The notes below the pieces were generated by a model. It made no database searches and was not told the origin of the DNA. It worked only from the letters and a program-made list of their open reading frames with translations. A stretch of 64,000 bases of DNA from Piromyces finnis finn (Eukaryota > Fungi > Neocallimastigomycota). Shown here piece by piece: positions 1 to 15,400 of this stretch (its first letter is position 1; every line of letters starts with the position of its first letter). The stretch lies in the NCBI GenBank assembly GCA_002104945.1, contig MCFH01000001.1, positions 248,001-312,000 of the forward strand. Direction: 5' to 3'. A program made the translations under genes and the position numbers.

Positions 1-2049
1 GATAGATATAAAGATGTAAATGTATTTCTATTTAAATTATTTTTTATTTCTTAAATGTAAAACGAATTATTTAAAAGGTCATAGAATAAAATTCTTTAAA
101 GTATGAGAATAATTTATGATATTTGTAAAAAAAGTCAATGACCTATACAATGATTGTTGAATAAATTAATACAATTAAATAAAAAATAAAAAATAAATAT
201 TTAATAATTAAAACTCTTTATATAATATAAATATACTATATTATTTCTTATTTTTTTTAAATTATTTGTTTTAAAATTAACATTTCTTTTTTTTTTTTTA
301 AAAAAAAAAAAAAATATTATAATAATTTTATAATTTTAACTTTTTATTCTTTATTCTTTTTTTTTTTTTTTATTTATATATAAAGACAAGGAAATTACAA
401 GTTGTGAATTAAATTCTTTTACTATACATATATATATATATGTATTTTGAATTACCTTTTTAGAATCAAATTGAGGTTTAGTATTTTTATTAAAGAACTT
501 TTTTTTTTTTTTTATAATTTAGGATAAAAAAGTTAATCAACCACATTAAATACATTTTTTTTTTACAATAATGTTTTGTAAAAGAATTCTGTGATACATT
601 TTCAATACACTACTTTAAAATTAGTTGAAGGCTTACTTTTATATCCTTCTTTTATTCATACATTTCAATATAAACTATTACCTTTCTCATTATTAATCTA
701 TTACTATAGTATATATCTATTTTTAACATAAGTAATGCGTATTTTGTATATGCCTTTAATACGTTTAAAGTCTTTTTTTTTCTTTAATATCTAATACATT
801 ATATATTATATAAATTGACATACAAATACTTTTTTCTTTATAATATAATCTTACTATTTATAAATAGAAAGAGGAAAATACATTTATTTATCTTTTTATT
901 TAAATTTCTGTTAAAATACTAGTAAAATAAATACTTTTTTGTAAAAAAGTGCTGCCAAAATACCTCTTTGAAAATACAATTAATTTTTTCTTTCATTTTA
1001 TTATTCAATGTCTCCAACACGATATTTACAAAATTTTAAGTTTTGTGTAACAAATAAATATATTTTTAATTATCAATAAAATTTTAAACTCAAACTGGTT
1101 ATTAATTAAAAATGTATTTTTCATAATAAAAACTATACCTTATAGGAATGTTTTCAATAGTCTTGCTTAGATATTAATACTAATGATATATTATTAAAAA
1201 TGATTTATAACACTCTCATATTTAAAATTATGTATAATCGTAAAAAAAAATAATTAAAATTGAGTATAGTATCGTTTTTATGCTATAATATATATTTTCA
1301 TACTATATGAATGTGATATAATAATTTACAATTATACTCCTATATTACTAAAACAAACTTTACACACAAAATTGTTTTTATTATAAAATAAATATGCATT
1401 TATTTAAAAGTACTTTTAATAGAATATATATACATTAAATAGATTAATTTTTTTAAAAAAAAATTATAATACATTGAAATTAACAGTAATAAAATGTATA
1501 TAAAATCTATATATTATATTTAAAATATATATAATATAAAATAATATTTGTTTTTAGTATAGAAAATATATATATAATAATGCATTACAAGAGTGTAATT
1601 ATAATTATTTATACTAACAATTATATATATGTTTTTAAATATACTTTATTATGGTAATTTTATTAATATTTCATTACAAAGATTTAATTAACAATAACAA
1701 GTATGTATTTATACTAAAATTATGGCTTATGCTATAATACAGACATTTTACAAATGAATAAAGTTTATAATAAAAATTGAGATTTTCTAATATAAAATAA
1801 TATTTTATTAATACATTATACATTATATATTATTTCTTAATAATTAAAATAAAATTATATTTATAATTATAAAATTTAAAAAGAATATTTAGAATATTTT
1901 AATATTATTGACTTATTGATAATAAAAAAGTAGATATTTTTTTCGTTTATTATATATATAGGCTTATGGTATATTTATATTTACATTATAAAATAAAATC
2001 AAAAATATCAATATATAATGAAATTAATATTCTTGTAACATTTGAAAAA

Positions 2050-4017
2050 TTAGTTTCTAGTTTTTTCTGGATTCCACCTTTTCATTCTTATTTCATAAAT
2101 TGAATATTCCTTTAAACAATTTACATAATCAAGATTTACATTATCTGGTATTACTACATAACAGTAAACGAGTTTCTGAAAGATATATACAATATATTAG
2201 TATTTAAATAATACTGCTATATTTAATTTACTTTTAATAATATTTAATTACCTTTAAAACTTGGTTACAAACTCTATTGGTGCAATTAATTTCATGAATT
2301 GATGGCATGTTTTCAACATAGTTATGTTGGTTATCTTGATTATTTATTACCGGTATAATTGAAACTGCATATCTAAATAGTAATTATATATATATATAAT
2401 TACTATTAATTATATTTAAATATTTATTTTATAATATACTTACTCTGAGTGAGAAAATGCTGGTCCTTTTTGATATAATACTATTATATTACATTATAAT
2501 AATTATTAATTAATATAATAATTGTATCGAAATAATAATAACAATAATAATTACCATAATCAACACCATATTTCAAACCCTCTTTTACAATCCAGCCTTG
2601 ACTTCGGTAATAGTGATAAACAACATATTTTAAAATAAATTGATCAGATGAATCACTAATATTGTTTCTAAATATTTTCCAACAATCATCAATACTTAAA
2701 ACCTTAAATATTGTTTTATATAGAAAAAAAAATATATATTAATAATCATGAATAATTAAAGATAATAAAAATACTATTTGCAAATTAATAGCATTATTGT
2801 TAATGAATATAATAATAAATGGATAAATATTATATATATAAATTTTGAATAATAATAATAAATAAATAAACATGAATTAAAAACAATAAATTATAGATGT
2901 TAATATACGAACTTTATGATTATCTCGAATGGAAATGCAATTTAAAGCATATTTCAAGAAAAAGGCTTCCTGTAAATCCAATTGTAAATATTCCATACTT
3001 TTTAAATCTGATGTTATAAAATTTTGCTTAGCTCTTTTTATTATGTAATGATTAATTTTCTGCTTCATTTCGCTCCAATAATAATGAGGTTTGACAATCA
3101 AATTAACAATATCTTGAAGTAAACATTGAATTAAAGAAAATCCAAACTTTGATAAATTAATTAACAATTGACTATTCCAATATCCACATTCTATAAGTTT
3201 TATTTTATATATATCCATCATTTATAATTTATCAATTATTTAAAATAAATATATTAATTAATAATTAAAATAAACACTAGAATGAAATATCAAAAATGAA
3301 TTACTTACCTTTTATTATTAAACCTTTTGTTTCAATTAATTTATTAATAAATAAAAAAGAACTACCTTTATTTTCATTTGATATTAATAGATTTCCCCTC
3401 CTTTTTTTTATTTGATTTTCAAAATTTTCATTATATATTCCAGAATGTTTTTTAATTATATCTTTAAGGATTCTCTCCGTCCAATTTGGTTCACTTCTTG
3501 ATAAATTTCCTTTTCCAAAAAAGCCATTATTCCAGCAAGTTCTTATTGAATTATGGTTTGATACGACAACACATGGTATACTATTTAAATTAGTATCAAA
3601 TTCACTATCTGAAAAGTTAGAGTTTTTTAAAAACATTAGTTCACCTCTAATAGGGCTGAAATAATGCCTTAATGAATTAGGAAAAAACTCATTAACGAAA
3701 TAATCCAATATTTTCTTTGTCCATATGTTATTTTTATAGCCTTGTCTTTTAATAGATTTTGAATCTTTTTTTCCACTTATATTTATATTCTTATTGATAG
3801 TATTTGAAATTATTAAATTAAATATTGGAAAAGGATTATAATACCTTTTCTTCTTTACATTTTTTTTGGAATTTGATTTTTTAATTTTTTCATTATATGA
3901 TTTACCTTTATGGTTTTTATTATTATTTAAATTTATTTTTCCATTACTTTTATTATTATTATTATTATTATTATTGTTTGTTGATAATACACTTTTTTTA
4001 TCTATTACTTTCTCCAT
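2050..4017 (-). CDS. SEN2: tRNA-splicing endonuclease catalytic subunit Sen2 (multi-exon; span given)
   Basis: Exons translate to CWNNGFFGKGNLSRSEPNW, EYLQLDLQEAFFLKYALNCI, YVVYHYYRSQGWIVKEGLKYGVDY, LLYQKGPAFSHSE and a terminal RMKRWNPEKTRN*. These are hallmark Sen2 motifs, including the catalytic Tyr/His. Exons are linked by GT-AG introns. Confidence 0.9.
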
Positions 4018-4162
4018 ATTTTTACTAAAGATTATAATCCACTAAAATAATATTTAATATCTGAACCAAAAAAAAAATTATTTTTTAATGTTATACATTT
4101 TATTTTTTAATAATCCATAAACTCTAAATTATTTGTTGTTTGTAAGCTTGTGTAATTAAATT

Positions 4163-4264
4163 ATTTATTTATTTATTAATTTATTAATTTATTTATTTAT
4201 TTATTTATTAATTTATTTATTTATTAATTTATTTATTTATTTATTTATTTATTAATTAATTAAT

Positions 4265-4315
<51 letters not shown>

Positions 4316-4320
4316 TTAAT
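4163..4320. repeat. imperfect (TTTA)n microsatellite
   Basis: Direct reading of tandem tttatttattta units upstream of SEN2. Confidence 0.9.
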
Positions 4321-4865
4321 ATAATTCCAATAATTATACTTCAAAAAAAAAAAAAATATAATTTAAAATAATGATATTATGTAATTTATTCTGGGAGAAA
4401 AGTAAAATTGATAACCTTTTATTTGATTAATTGAATTTTTATTGAACTAATCATCCATTCAATTTAATTATAACTTATAATCTTTTTCATATATACAAAT
4501 TAATATGTCATTACTTTTTATTAGTTATCGGATGAATGACTATTATTTATTAATCAGAAAAATCATCACTTTAAGTAGAATTAATGCTACCAAAAATAAT
4601 AAATTAATTAATGAATTACTTTTAATTAAAATTAATTCACAACTAATAGAAACTACTTGGAAAAAAAATGACATATACAGATAAAGTATATATATATATA
4701 TAATGATTCTTATTTAAAATTATTATAAAAAAGAAAAACATCATCATAGTATAAAAATTTTATTTAAAAAAAAAAAAATAATTTATTAAAATAAAAAAAA
4801 AATATTGACAACTGACTACAATATATAGATAATATAGATATTAAATATATTATAATATATTTCCA

Positions 4866-7147
4866 ATGTTCATCGACACAAACCAAAATGATTGTGTATT
4901 AAATGGTAGTGGAATAAATAATGTAATTTGCCAGATGAATTCATTACTTGATCCTACATCTAATAAAAATAACAAAACTACGCTAACAGTAGGAAAAACT
5001 GACTTAACTAATGTAATTTAATTTATTTTATAATAAATATATTCATTGTTTAAAATAAAATTATTATAAAAGATTTAATAATTATACGGTTATACATTCA
5101 TATTCTAAGGATGATATGTTGATGTTATCAACTTGGGATTACTGGTTTCAAAATCAAGAAAAGTATAATCCTAGTGCATTAGATTTATTAAGTAATAATT
5201 ACTAAATAACAATCATTAAAAAAAAGATTATTTAATAGTAATTGTAAAAAAAAATCTTACAATATTATAAAATTAGGTCTTAGTAGTGAATTATGTGCAT
5301 TATGTCTATTGGGAAGAACTATAGTAAAACTAGCACACACAGAGAATTCACCATTAATTGTACATGTTGGAAATGAAATAAGAATGATTAGAAAATACAA
5401 TAAATGGAATGTTGTAAATATAAAAAATAAATAATTAATAATTAGAATAGTATTTATATACTATTAAAATATTGGTAATGAAGTAATCATTAAATATTAC
5501 TTTATTTTACAATATTATATTTAAGAACGAGGAATTATCATGGGCAGAATATTTAAAAAAAACATATGATGAAGAAAAAATGGGTATTATTGATTATATG
5601 GAATGTCAATCTCAAATAACTGACACTAATGATGAAAATAATTGTCAACAAAGAAAATTGAAAGATATCATTCATATTATATCTGCATTAGCATCAATTA
5701 CCGTATATATAATATTTTAATTTCTATTATTTATTATATCATATATTATATAAAATATAATTTTTATTAAAATGATTTTTTTTTTTTTTTTTTGCTTTTT
5801 AAATTCAATTATTATTAGACTGAAGATAATCAAATTATTCTTTTAAAAATTTTTCTAGAAAGAATATCATTGGTATCTAATATGCTTTCAACTGATTATC
5901 AAAACGAAATTATAACTGCTAGAGCAGTATTAGAATGTATATAATTAATAGTAATAAAATAATGAAATATACATTAACAATATTAACCAATAAATTTTTT
6001 TCGTATTAACATTATTAGTACGCCATCAAAGCTTATTGTCATCATTATCATCTTGTAGTATAACTCAAGTTCTTTTTAAAATAGGAAATTCTATTACATT
6101 TTATCATATCCGACCATATGACCTATTTGTTATTTCCCATTCTTTGTAAATAATATATAAAAAAAAACTTTATACTATTTGAGTATTCAGAGCTAACTAA
6201 ATTTTTCATAAAATAAAAAAAAATATTATAGATTATCACAATACATATATATAAAATTCAATAATGAATGGGTATCCCGGATTAATTTGAATTTTTCAGG
6301 AAATAAGCATTTTTTTAAAAAATTCAAATATTTTATTGATAATTGCCTTACAGCAAACAATGAAGGTAATATAACATCAATATGTAATTATATCTATTAT
6401 AAATAAAAATAATTTAATTATTCCATCCTATTATTATAATAAAAATAAAATAGCTGAAAGATTTGAAAATAAAAAGGTAAATAAAGGAGTAATAAAGAAT
6501 TTAAAAGAATATGGATTAATTTCATATCTCCTTTCTTCTTCCTATGGAAATATGAAAATTCCATCGAGACTTGATGTTATAAATTATCTATTAGATATAT
6601 CACCATCATTTACAAATACTGATACTATTTTAATATATGAAGGTATTTTTTTTAATAATAAAATTAATTATATATTTTTAATGCTTTTATCATTTAATTA
6701 ATAAAAATAATAATATTTATAAATTTTTCATATATTTTTTCAATCGATAGTTATAAATGCTATTAATAATTATCAATTACCAGAAGATATTTCTAATTCA
6801 TTAATTACTATTTCACTATTTTCATCATATACTGGTATTTGTTTTTTATTGATTGCATCAATATTTAATAAATTTGGTTACTCAATTAATGATGATTTAA
6901 AATTTAAGTCAACCTTCTTTAACAAAGATTTAATTCAACAAAATTTTGAATATAGTGTATGTTATAATACTTTATTATCAACCCAATTTGATGTTGTAAG
7001 TATTAAACCATATTTTTATTAATATCTATATTAATAAAATAAAAATACCGATTTTTTAATAGTATTAATAATTAATATTACATTACATTATATTACGTTT
7101 TATAATTACAGAATTCATGTTCTATTCTTCAAAGTTTTTTTAACTAA
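4866..7147 (+). CDS. multi-exon protein of unknown function (start uncertain)
   Basis: About 10 GT-AG-bounded open segments with protein-like translations: MFIDTNQNDCVLNGSGINNVICQ, DDMLMLSTWDYWFQNQEKY, LSSELCALCLLGRTIVKLAH, EELSWAEYLKKTYDEEK, GLISYLLSSYGNMKIPSRLDVINYLL, and NSCSILQSFFN*. No family recognised. Confidence 0.6.
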
Positions 7148-7349
7148 ATATATAATAATTTTCCTTGAATAAATGAATATAATGTTATGATATTATATAC
7201 CAATTTTTTTTTTATTTTTTTTTTATTTATTTATTCATTTTTAAATTTATTTACAATAATAGATGAAAAAAATGATAATACAAAATAATGTGTATTAAAA
7301 AAAATAATAAAATAAATAAATATATAATTAAATTAGATGTATATTTTTA

Positions 7350-10300
7350 TTAAAACCAAACTGGATTATCTGGTGAAATTCCAGCATTTTCATCACCAGC
7401 TAATATATTTTCTATATTTTTAATTGAATATAAATTTAATAAATAGGTGTTTTAATAAATTAGTATTTTCATATTCTCATATTTATTTTAGATTTTATTA
7501 ATCAAAATATTATAAGGATATTTACTTGATTTAATTAACTCATCAAATATGTAATTAAGACTATCATTATTTTCTTGTAAGAATTTATTAGCTTCTTCAG
7601 TAGCACTTAATTTATCTTTGTTCATATTCTACATAATAAAATAATAATATGAAATAAAAATATTAAATAAAAATTTTTTTAAATACTGAAACTGATTTAT
7701 ATTTATTTTTTTTTTAAAAATAAGGACATACTTGATCATTTGTAACTATTTTTTTTGCTAAATTTAATTGTTCATCGTGTTCTTGTTTTTTTTGCTCATA
7801 AAACTTTTTGATTTTTAATATTTTTTCTGTTCTTCTAATTGTTTTTCAATCTTTTCTTTATATTCAATTTGTTCTTTCTGTAATTGTAATAATTTTTTTA
7901 ATTCATTTTCATATTTCATTTTTTTCTCTAATAAAGCCATACAAGCTTTTTTGTCATCAAGATTATCTAAATTTATATCATCTATATCATCTATATCATC
8001 ATCATTATTATCCAACAATGATGATTCTTTACTACAATCCTTATTCTCATCTTTTAAAATGGAAAGATTTTCTTGAATATTACTGTTGTTATCCTTATTG
8101 TTATTGTCATTATTATTACTATTATTATTATTGTTGTTGTTGAATTTATTATTTTTTAATGTATAATCAAGTTCACTATATAATTGATCATATATGTTTT
8201 CTGAAATAACATTTTTCTTATTTTTTAATAACATATTGTTACAGCACTTTTCCTTTTTTTCGACATTATTGTCATTTAAACTTTCTTTATCATTTTTTTT
8301 AATAGTATCATTTTCAGAATTATTAGTTGAATAAATATTTTCGATTGTTTCATAATTATCGTTATTAGGCATAGTCATATTTTGTGTATTTTCATTTTCA
8401 CTAATTCCATCATCGTATACTAAATTTTCAATTAATAATAAAATTTTCTGCCATTGAGTTTCATTTTCGATTTTATTACATAATCTAAATAATTGTAATA
8501 AGAAGTATGGATATTTTTCATTCTTGGATATTAAATTAGAAACTTCATTGTAAATTCTTTCACTAACTTTGCTATTTAGTCTTTAAAAATACATATGATA
8601 TAGTAATAAAAATTAAATTTTATTTTTTGAAATCATATTTTATGGAATAATATTATTATATTAACAAAAACTATAATATCTATAATTACATATTATTAAT
8701 ATTGATGTAACATTGAGAGAGTTGTATAGAAGAATTATCTGAATTCATTCTTTCAATTCTTTTCTCTTCTCTAAAACAATTAAATAAATAAATTTTAATT
8801 TTATGATATTTTTTATTTTTATATTACTAATAATATATTATTTACTTATTAACCGAATTTTCTTTCTTGACATTATATGAATGATTTCCAGATTCAGATA
8901 TTTTCCTCATAGCTGTTATCAATATCAAAAATATTAATTTGTATTAGAATAATACTACTTATATTTAATATAAAAGTAAAATAATAAAATAATAATAATA
9001 ATAATAATAATAACCTTCGATGGCTTCCTTTATATGAATATCGATTGATTCTTTATTATTTGTGTTATCATTATCAGCACGTTCTTCTTCGATAATCGAG
9101 TTATCATTAATAAATTTATCAATATTTTTTTCCTCCATTTCTAACGATACAGATTGAGACTTTAATATTTTTCTTAATGAATTTTGTCTTTTCTCTAATT
9201 CTTCTAATTTATCAAATAATTCTTGACTTTCTTTGTCAATATTATCGATATATGATAGATTGTATTTATTATTTTCCTTTAGTTTGCTGCCATTTGATTC
9301 AATTCTATTATTTGGCTTAGTTATTTCATAGCTGGAATAAATATCTTCTAAATCATCATCATTCATATTCTTATCATCAGTTTTTCCAATATTTTCTTGA
9401 GTTAATTTATCATCATCTTTTTCCTCCTTTTCTATTGTAACTAATGTTTTTGAGGTTTCTTTATTATTTGATAATTCTTCATTATTACTGATGTTATTTG
9501 ATAATTCTTTTGAAGGTAATAAATCGATGCTAGGAATTTCACCTTTTTTATTACTATCAATAATACTACTACATTTTTGATTAACAGTATTTGCATATTC
9601 TTTCAAATAATCCATGTATTCTCTAAGTTTTTTTAATTCTTCCTGTTTTTTATTTATTTCCATTAATTTTACAAATATATCATTATCAATATCATCATTA
9701 GATTCATTATTAGCGTTATTATTTATCAGTTTTTCATTAATATTATTAGATTCTTCAATTAAAATATCTTGCAATAAATTACTAAGACGATCTTCATCTG
9801 AATAGTCATCTTTTTTAGTTATAGTATCTTCACTTAATTTTTTCTTATTCTTATCATTGTTTTCATCACCATCTTTTTCGAGTTCATTTTCACTCTCATT
9901 ATCATTATATTCATCATCACTATCACTAGATGAACTGTCATTGGATTCATCCTTACATTCTTTTTGTTGCTTAATTAAACTTTCTTGAGCATCTTGTAAA
10001 CGTTTCAATTTTTTCTTCAATTGAACTAATGAATTTTGTTTTTTCTCTAAGTTATATAAATAGTTTAATATATTAAACTCTTCGTCATTATAATTATTCA
10101 TTTCGTCTTCGTCTTCATCACTTTCATCGTCGATGTTACTGTCATTATTGATATCATCATTAATATCTTTCTGACTTTCAAATTCATCATCATCATTATT
10201 ATTATTACAACTATCGAAATTTTTTACTTCTGAAGAATTATATAAACTTAATAAAGCTTCGCTATTATTAAATATATATTTTAATAATTCATTATTAATC

Positions 10301-11824
10301 TGGTCTTCATCTTGTTCATTAATGTCAATATCAGATGTATCTTTTAAATCATTATTGCTTGATTTTATTGTTTGGACAGAATTGGAAATTTCTACATCCT
10401 TATTATTGTTAATCCTATATGCATTTTCAATATCTGATTCTTTTCTTATTTCATCATCTATAATATATAAAATAAAAAAGTTAGATAATGATAAATATTT
10501 ATAATATTTAAATTATAAACTTTTTTTACCATTATTATCTTTAGTTTTTTCATCATCAATAACATTATTATTATTATTTTGTTCTTTAATATCATTTAAA
10601 TTTGTAAAAACAATAGAATTATCATTATCAATAACATCATTTTCATTTTCATTAATAGAATTCTTTTCTTTTTCTTCAACCTTCTTTTCATGATTTGTCA
10701 ATAGTTTATTCATTGCTTCCCGTAAATTAAATAATTGTTCTTGTTGATTTTCTTTATATTATTTATATTAATTTAAAAGTAACAATTAGCTATATTAATT
10801 ATATTTTCTTTATATTTATTTATAACTCCTACTAAAATAAATTAAATACCTGTTTTCTTTTCAATTCCATTCTTAAACTTGTTGATATATATGCAAGAAT
10901 AATGAATGATATATAAAATATTTAATTACGATAATATTTTAAATATATTAATTACATATTAAATAGTTTGAGTAACTATACCTTATTATCTTTATTTAAC
11001 TCATGTTCAGATTCAATATCAGATTCTATAAATGCATATGGTTTTGAAAATTGTATATTTTCATCATTATCTTCACTATCAGAACTTTCATATTCATCAA
11101 ACTCATCACTATCTTCATCACTTTGAATTGGTGGTTTAGAAGTAGCTTTAACTAAATTGTTAGTATCTTTAATTTTTAATTCAATGAATCCATCTGATGA
11201 AGAAGTATTTTTTGTATTTTTCATTATATTTTCAATATCCTAAAATAACAAAAATATTTATTTTAATAAACATTATATATCTAAAATAAAAAAAATAAAA
11301 AAAAAATAAAATAAAAAAAAAAAAACTATATTATAATAAAAAGAAAAAAAAATTATTTAATACGTTTTTTGAATTATTAAGACGAATATTTTCATTTTTA
11401 TTTAATATTTCTTGTTGTTCCTTGAAAATTTTTTTATTTTTTAAGTTACCTTTTTTTTTTTAAATATATATACATTATTATCAAATAAAATATAATGTTA
11501 TGGAATTATGAAAAAGACTTTTTTATAAATTAAATAATATAAATAAGAGATGTCAATTAAATTACTTGTATTCATGATAGGGATCTGAGTTGGAATAATA
11601 ATTGATTTTTCTTTGTCTTTATTTTTAGAGTCATTTTTCTCTTGATTCAAATTTAATTTCTCATTTTTCATAGTGTTAGTTACGTTGGAGTTACTTGAAG
11701 AGCCAATATCAATAACCTCTTCATCTACCTTGCTTGTTGTAACTTCATTCTCTTCAGTCTCCTGATTAGTATTACTACTAATCTCATTTTGATTATTATC
11801 TGTTATTATTTGTTTTAAGTTCAT
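7350..11824 (-). CDS. large acidic/coiled-coil protein with a PCM1-like conserved motif (multi-exon)
   Basis: ORF pieces 11498-11824, 10976-11224, 10513-10713, 8965-10101 and 7815-8378 join through GT-AG introns and end in KNILAGDENAGISPDNPVWF*. The exon at ~8400-8582 reads LNSKVSERIYNEVSNLISKNEKYPYFLLQLFRLCNKIENETQWQKILLLIENLV, resembling metazoan PCM1 as I recall it. Confidence 0.75.
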
Positions 11825-12431
11825 TTTTATGTAAAACAACTAATTTTATAACTAATAAAAATTTTTAAAAGTTAACAGTTTTCAAAAAAATAAAATTTTT
11901 AAATATAAATTAATTTTATAAAAATTAATTTATTTTTAAAGTTTTTCTTTTAATTAAAATTTCAAAATTAAAAAAAATTTAATTAGACAAAATTTAAGAT
12001 ACTTAAAATGTATAAAAGTTAAAAAAAGAACATTAATACAAAAGAATGAATGGTATTAACTTTTTTTTTTCTTCAAGTTTTATATATTTTAAGAATTCTA
12101 AGTATATCTATTATTTTATATAAATGAATATATAATATAATAGTAAATAATTAAGAAAAATGAAATTTTAAAATTTGTTACTATTGAAAAAGCCAGCCAA
12201 TCTTACCTGAAAAAAATAAATTTATTTGCCTACCTTATTTTATACAGAAAAGAGTTTTTTTTTTTTCATAAAATATTTAAATTAATAAAGGGTTATGTTA
12301 TTTTGATGTTAATTAAATTATAATAAAATTTAATTACCATCATTACACCACAATAATTCTTTAAAGGAAACCTAAATTTTATATAAAAATTTATATAAAA
12401 TTGATTTATTTTTATATGAAAGGAATTAAAA

Positions 12432-15400
12432 ATGACATATATAGATATTACAGATTTAGTTAATCGGGCAACAGAAGGTTCAATATTTATATATATAATA
12501 ATAAAAAAAAATACATTAAATTTATGAGAGCATTATATTGATAATAAATAATTATTTTTATTAAAAAGATTTTGCTGTAGGCCAACTTCTGAAAAAAGAT
12601 TCGTTTACTTTATACGAAACAATGTCAGCCATTGAAGTAATTAAATATTCATTTAATTAATAAATATAATAAAGGATGCATGTTATACAATATACTTTCT
12701 ACAATAATTATAATTTTATTTAACAAAATTTTATATATTTAATTTTTTATTAAAAAAATAATAATAATAATAATAAATTGATATTATAAAGATAATGGAT
12801 CCCAAAATGGATTCAGGAATGAAATGTAAAAAACCAAAATATGATTTTAACTCATTAAAAACATGTTCAATTTCAATGGAACAAGTTATAAAAATTATAG
12901 ATAAGCTTAATGGATTAGAAGTAATTTATATATATATTGATAATATAATTAAAAAGTATAATAAATCTATATTGTTAACAAATATTATTATTATTATTAT
13001 TATTAAAGGTTCAATGGTTAAAAGGATATATGATATATCAAACTTTGTTAACTTGTTTATTCGTAAATGATCCTCTTAATATTTCAAATTCATATTTAAA
13101 AGCATACGTTAATGGATTATTGAAATGCTGTTATTATTCTTATAATTACATTACAACGGCTGCAGTATATTCGGTAATAAATCGATTTTATTATTTTATT
13201 TCAACATAAGAAATTTTTTTTTTTATTATTTATTTATTCAAAATCCGAATTTTATATTAAAAGGAAGAAGATTTCGTAAGAGATTCAACTGGATTTATTG
13301 ATAGTTATTTTCCAAAAGATATACCAGATGCTGAAATTGTTGGGGATTTACAAAAAATTGAAGAAGAATTGATGAAAAAACTAAAAAATCAAAAAAAGAA
13401 TAATAATTCAAATGAAGGTTATTATTAAAATAATTTCAATTTCCTAAATAAAATCAATAATGATAATTATAATATTAAATTTTAAAACATTTTTTTTAAA
13501 AAAAAAAAAACATATCCTTAGAATTACCAGAAGATCCTAAAAATGAAGTTGAAATTATTAATTCATTACTAGCAAGAATTCGTTTTAGAAGAGTAAATAT
13601 GATAATAAAAATATTAAATTAATAGAATATATTTCAATAATTATATATATACATTATATTTACTTTATTTTTTTTCATAATAATACCTATGCTCTTATTT
13701 AGGCATTCCTTAATGTTTTAAGTAATTTTGTTCAATCAAATAAAAAAAATATGAATAAAATTAAGAAATCAATAACATTTGCTTCAACACAAATACCTAT
13801 TATGAAAGAAACGGAAGAAACAATTAATGCTGATATAGATGGTACTTATAATGCATTATCATTAATAAATACATTATAAAATATAACTTTATATTAAATC
13901 ATGACAACAAATTTTAATATTCTATGATATTTTAAATAAATCATCAGACTTTTTCGATGAAAATATCAACAGAAAAATGTATTCTCAAATGCCTCGTGTT
14001 ACTGTAAAATTTACAAGCGAAGAGGTATGTCTCGATACAATAAATATCAAATAAGCAAATAATAATTTTATATATTAAATTAAATATAATTGTTATAATT
14101 ATTAAAATGACTATAATACTTTGTATATATATATATAAAAAAAAAAAAAGACATATGAATATTATACAAACTTTTTTAATGAAGCTATCTATTTATGTTC
14201 ATTAACAACTGAAGCACCATATCAAGCATTAATAGTAAATAATTATGGTTAAATATAAAATAATTTTCATAAATTCTAAAGTAAACTAACAAAAAAAATT
14301 TTCTTACCATACTACATCAATAAACAAAAAAAAAAAAAAAAAAAAAAAAAGAATATTGCAAAAAAAATTTCAGGAAGTAGTAATACTTCAACATTATTAA
14401 GAGCTATTTTACATGTATGTAAAAAAAAAAAATATATATATATATATATATATTAATAAGTAACAATTAATAATATTTTTTTTTTTTTTTTTTTTGTATA
14501 TTTTTATATTATCAATAGTGTATTATATTTGACAGTAATACAATTATTTCAAATCCAAAAGAATCAAAGTTATTAAAACGTATGAATCTTGTTGAATGTA
14601 TAAAAGAATGGTTAATATCCTTTTGTGATCCTGTTATGTACATGCAATCAGATAATGAAGAAATAAAAGAATTGATGAATGCCTTTTATGATAGATATTT
14701 AAATGTAAGTAATAACAAATATAAATATTATAAAATATAATAAAATAGTAATGTATGTATTAACTTTTATATTTTTTATTATTGATTTTTAGTCTGCAGT
14801 TGATTGTATAAGAATATATGGATATAACAGGGCAAGATTAAGAAGATTATTAGTTAAATTTATAACTGAATGGGATAAACTTCAAGAAGAGGTAATAATA
14901 ATTAATAAAAAAATATAATATTTAATTATATATATTAGTACTAATATAGTAAATATATATATTATTAATTAATAAAGTGTGAATTGCTGGATAATAAACT
15001 TTGGGATATATTAGTAATGTCAACTGGATTATATAACGTAAGTAATAAAAAAATAAAATATTACTTAATAATAATTATACTTTATAATAATTATAATAAT
15101 AACAATAATAGGAAGAAGAGCCAAAGTATTATATATCATCATATATATATCATATTAAATTATTATATTTAGAAGAATTTTTATCTTTGGGCATTGAATT
15201 AGAAATTTTTATGAAGCATGAATTACTTTATACCTACTGGTAAATTCATTAATTTAAATTAAAAAAAAAAAAAACTAAATAATCATTTTTTTTTTTTTTC
15301 AAATAAAATAATAGCAATAATAATAATAATGATAATAATAATAATAATAATAATAAAATATCAATATATTATTTTGTTGAATTTTACTTTTAGGTATTTA

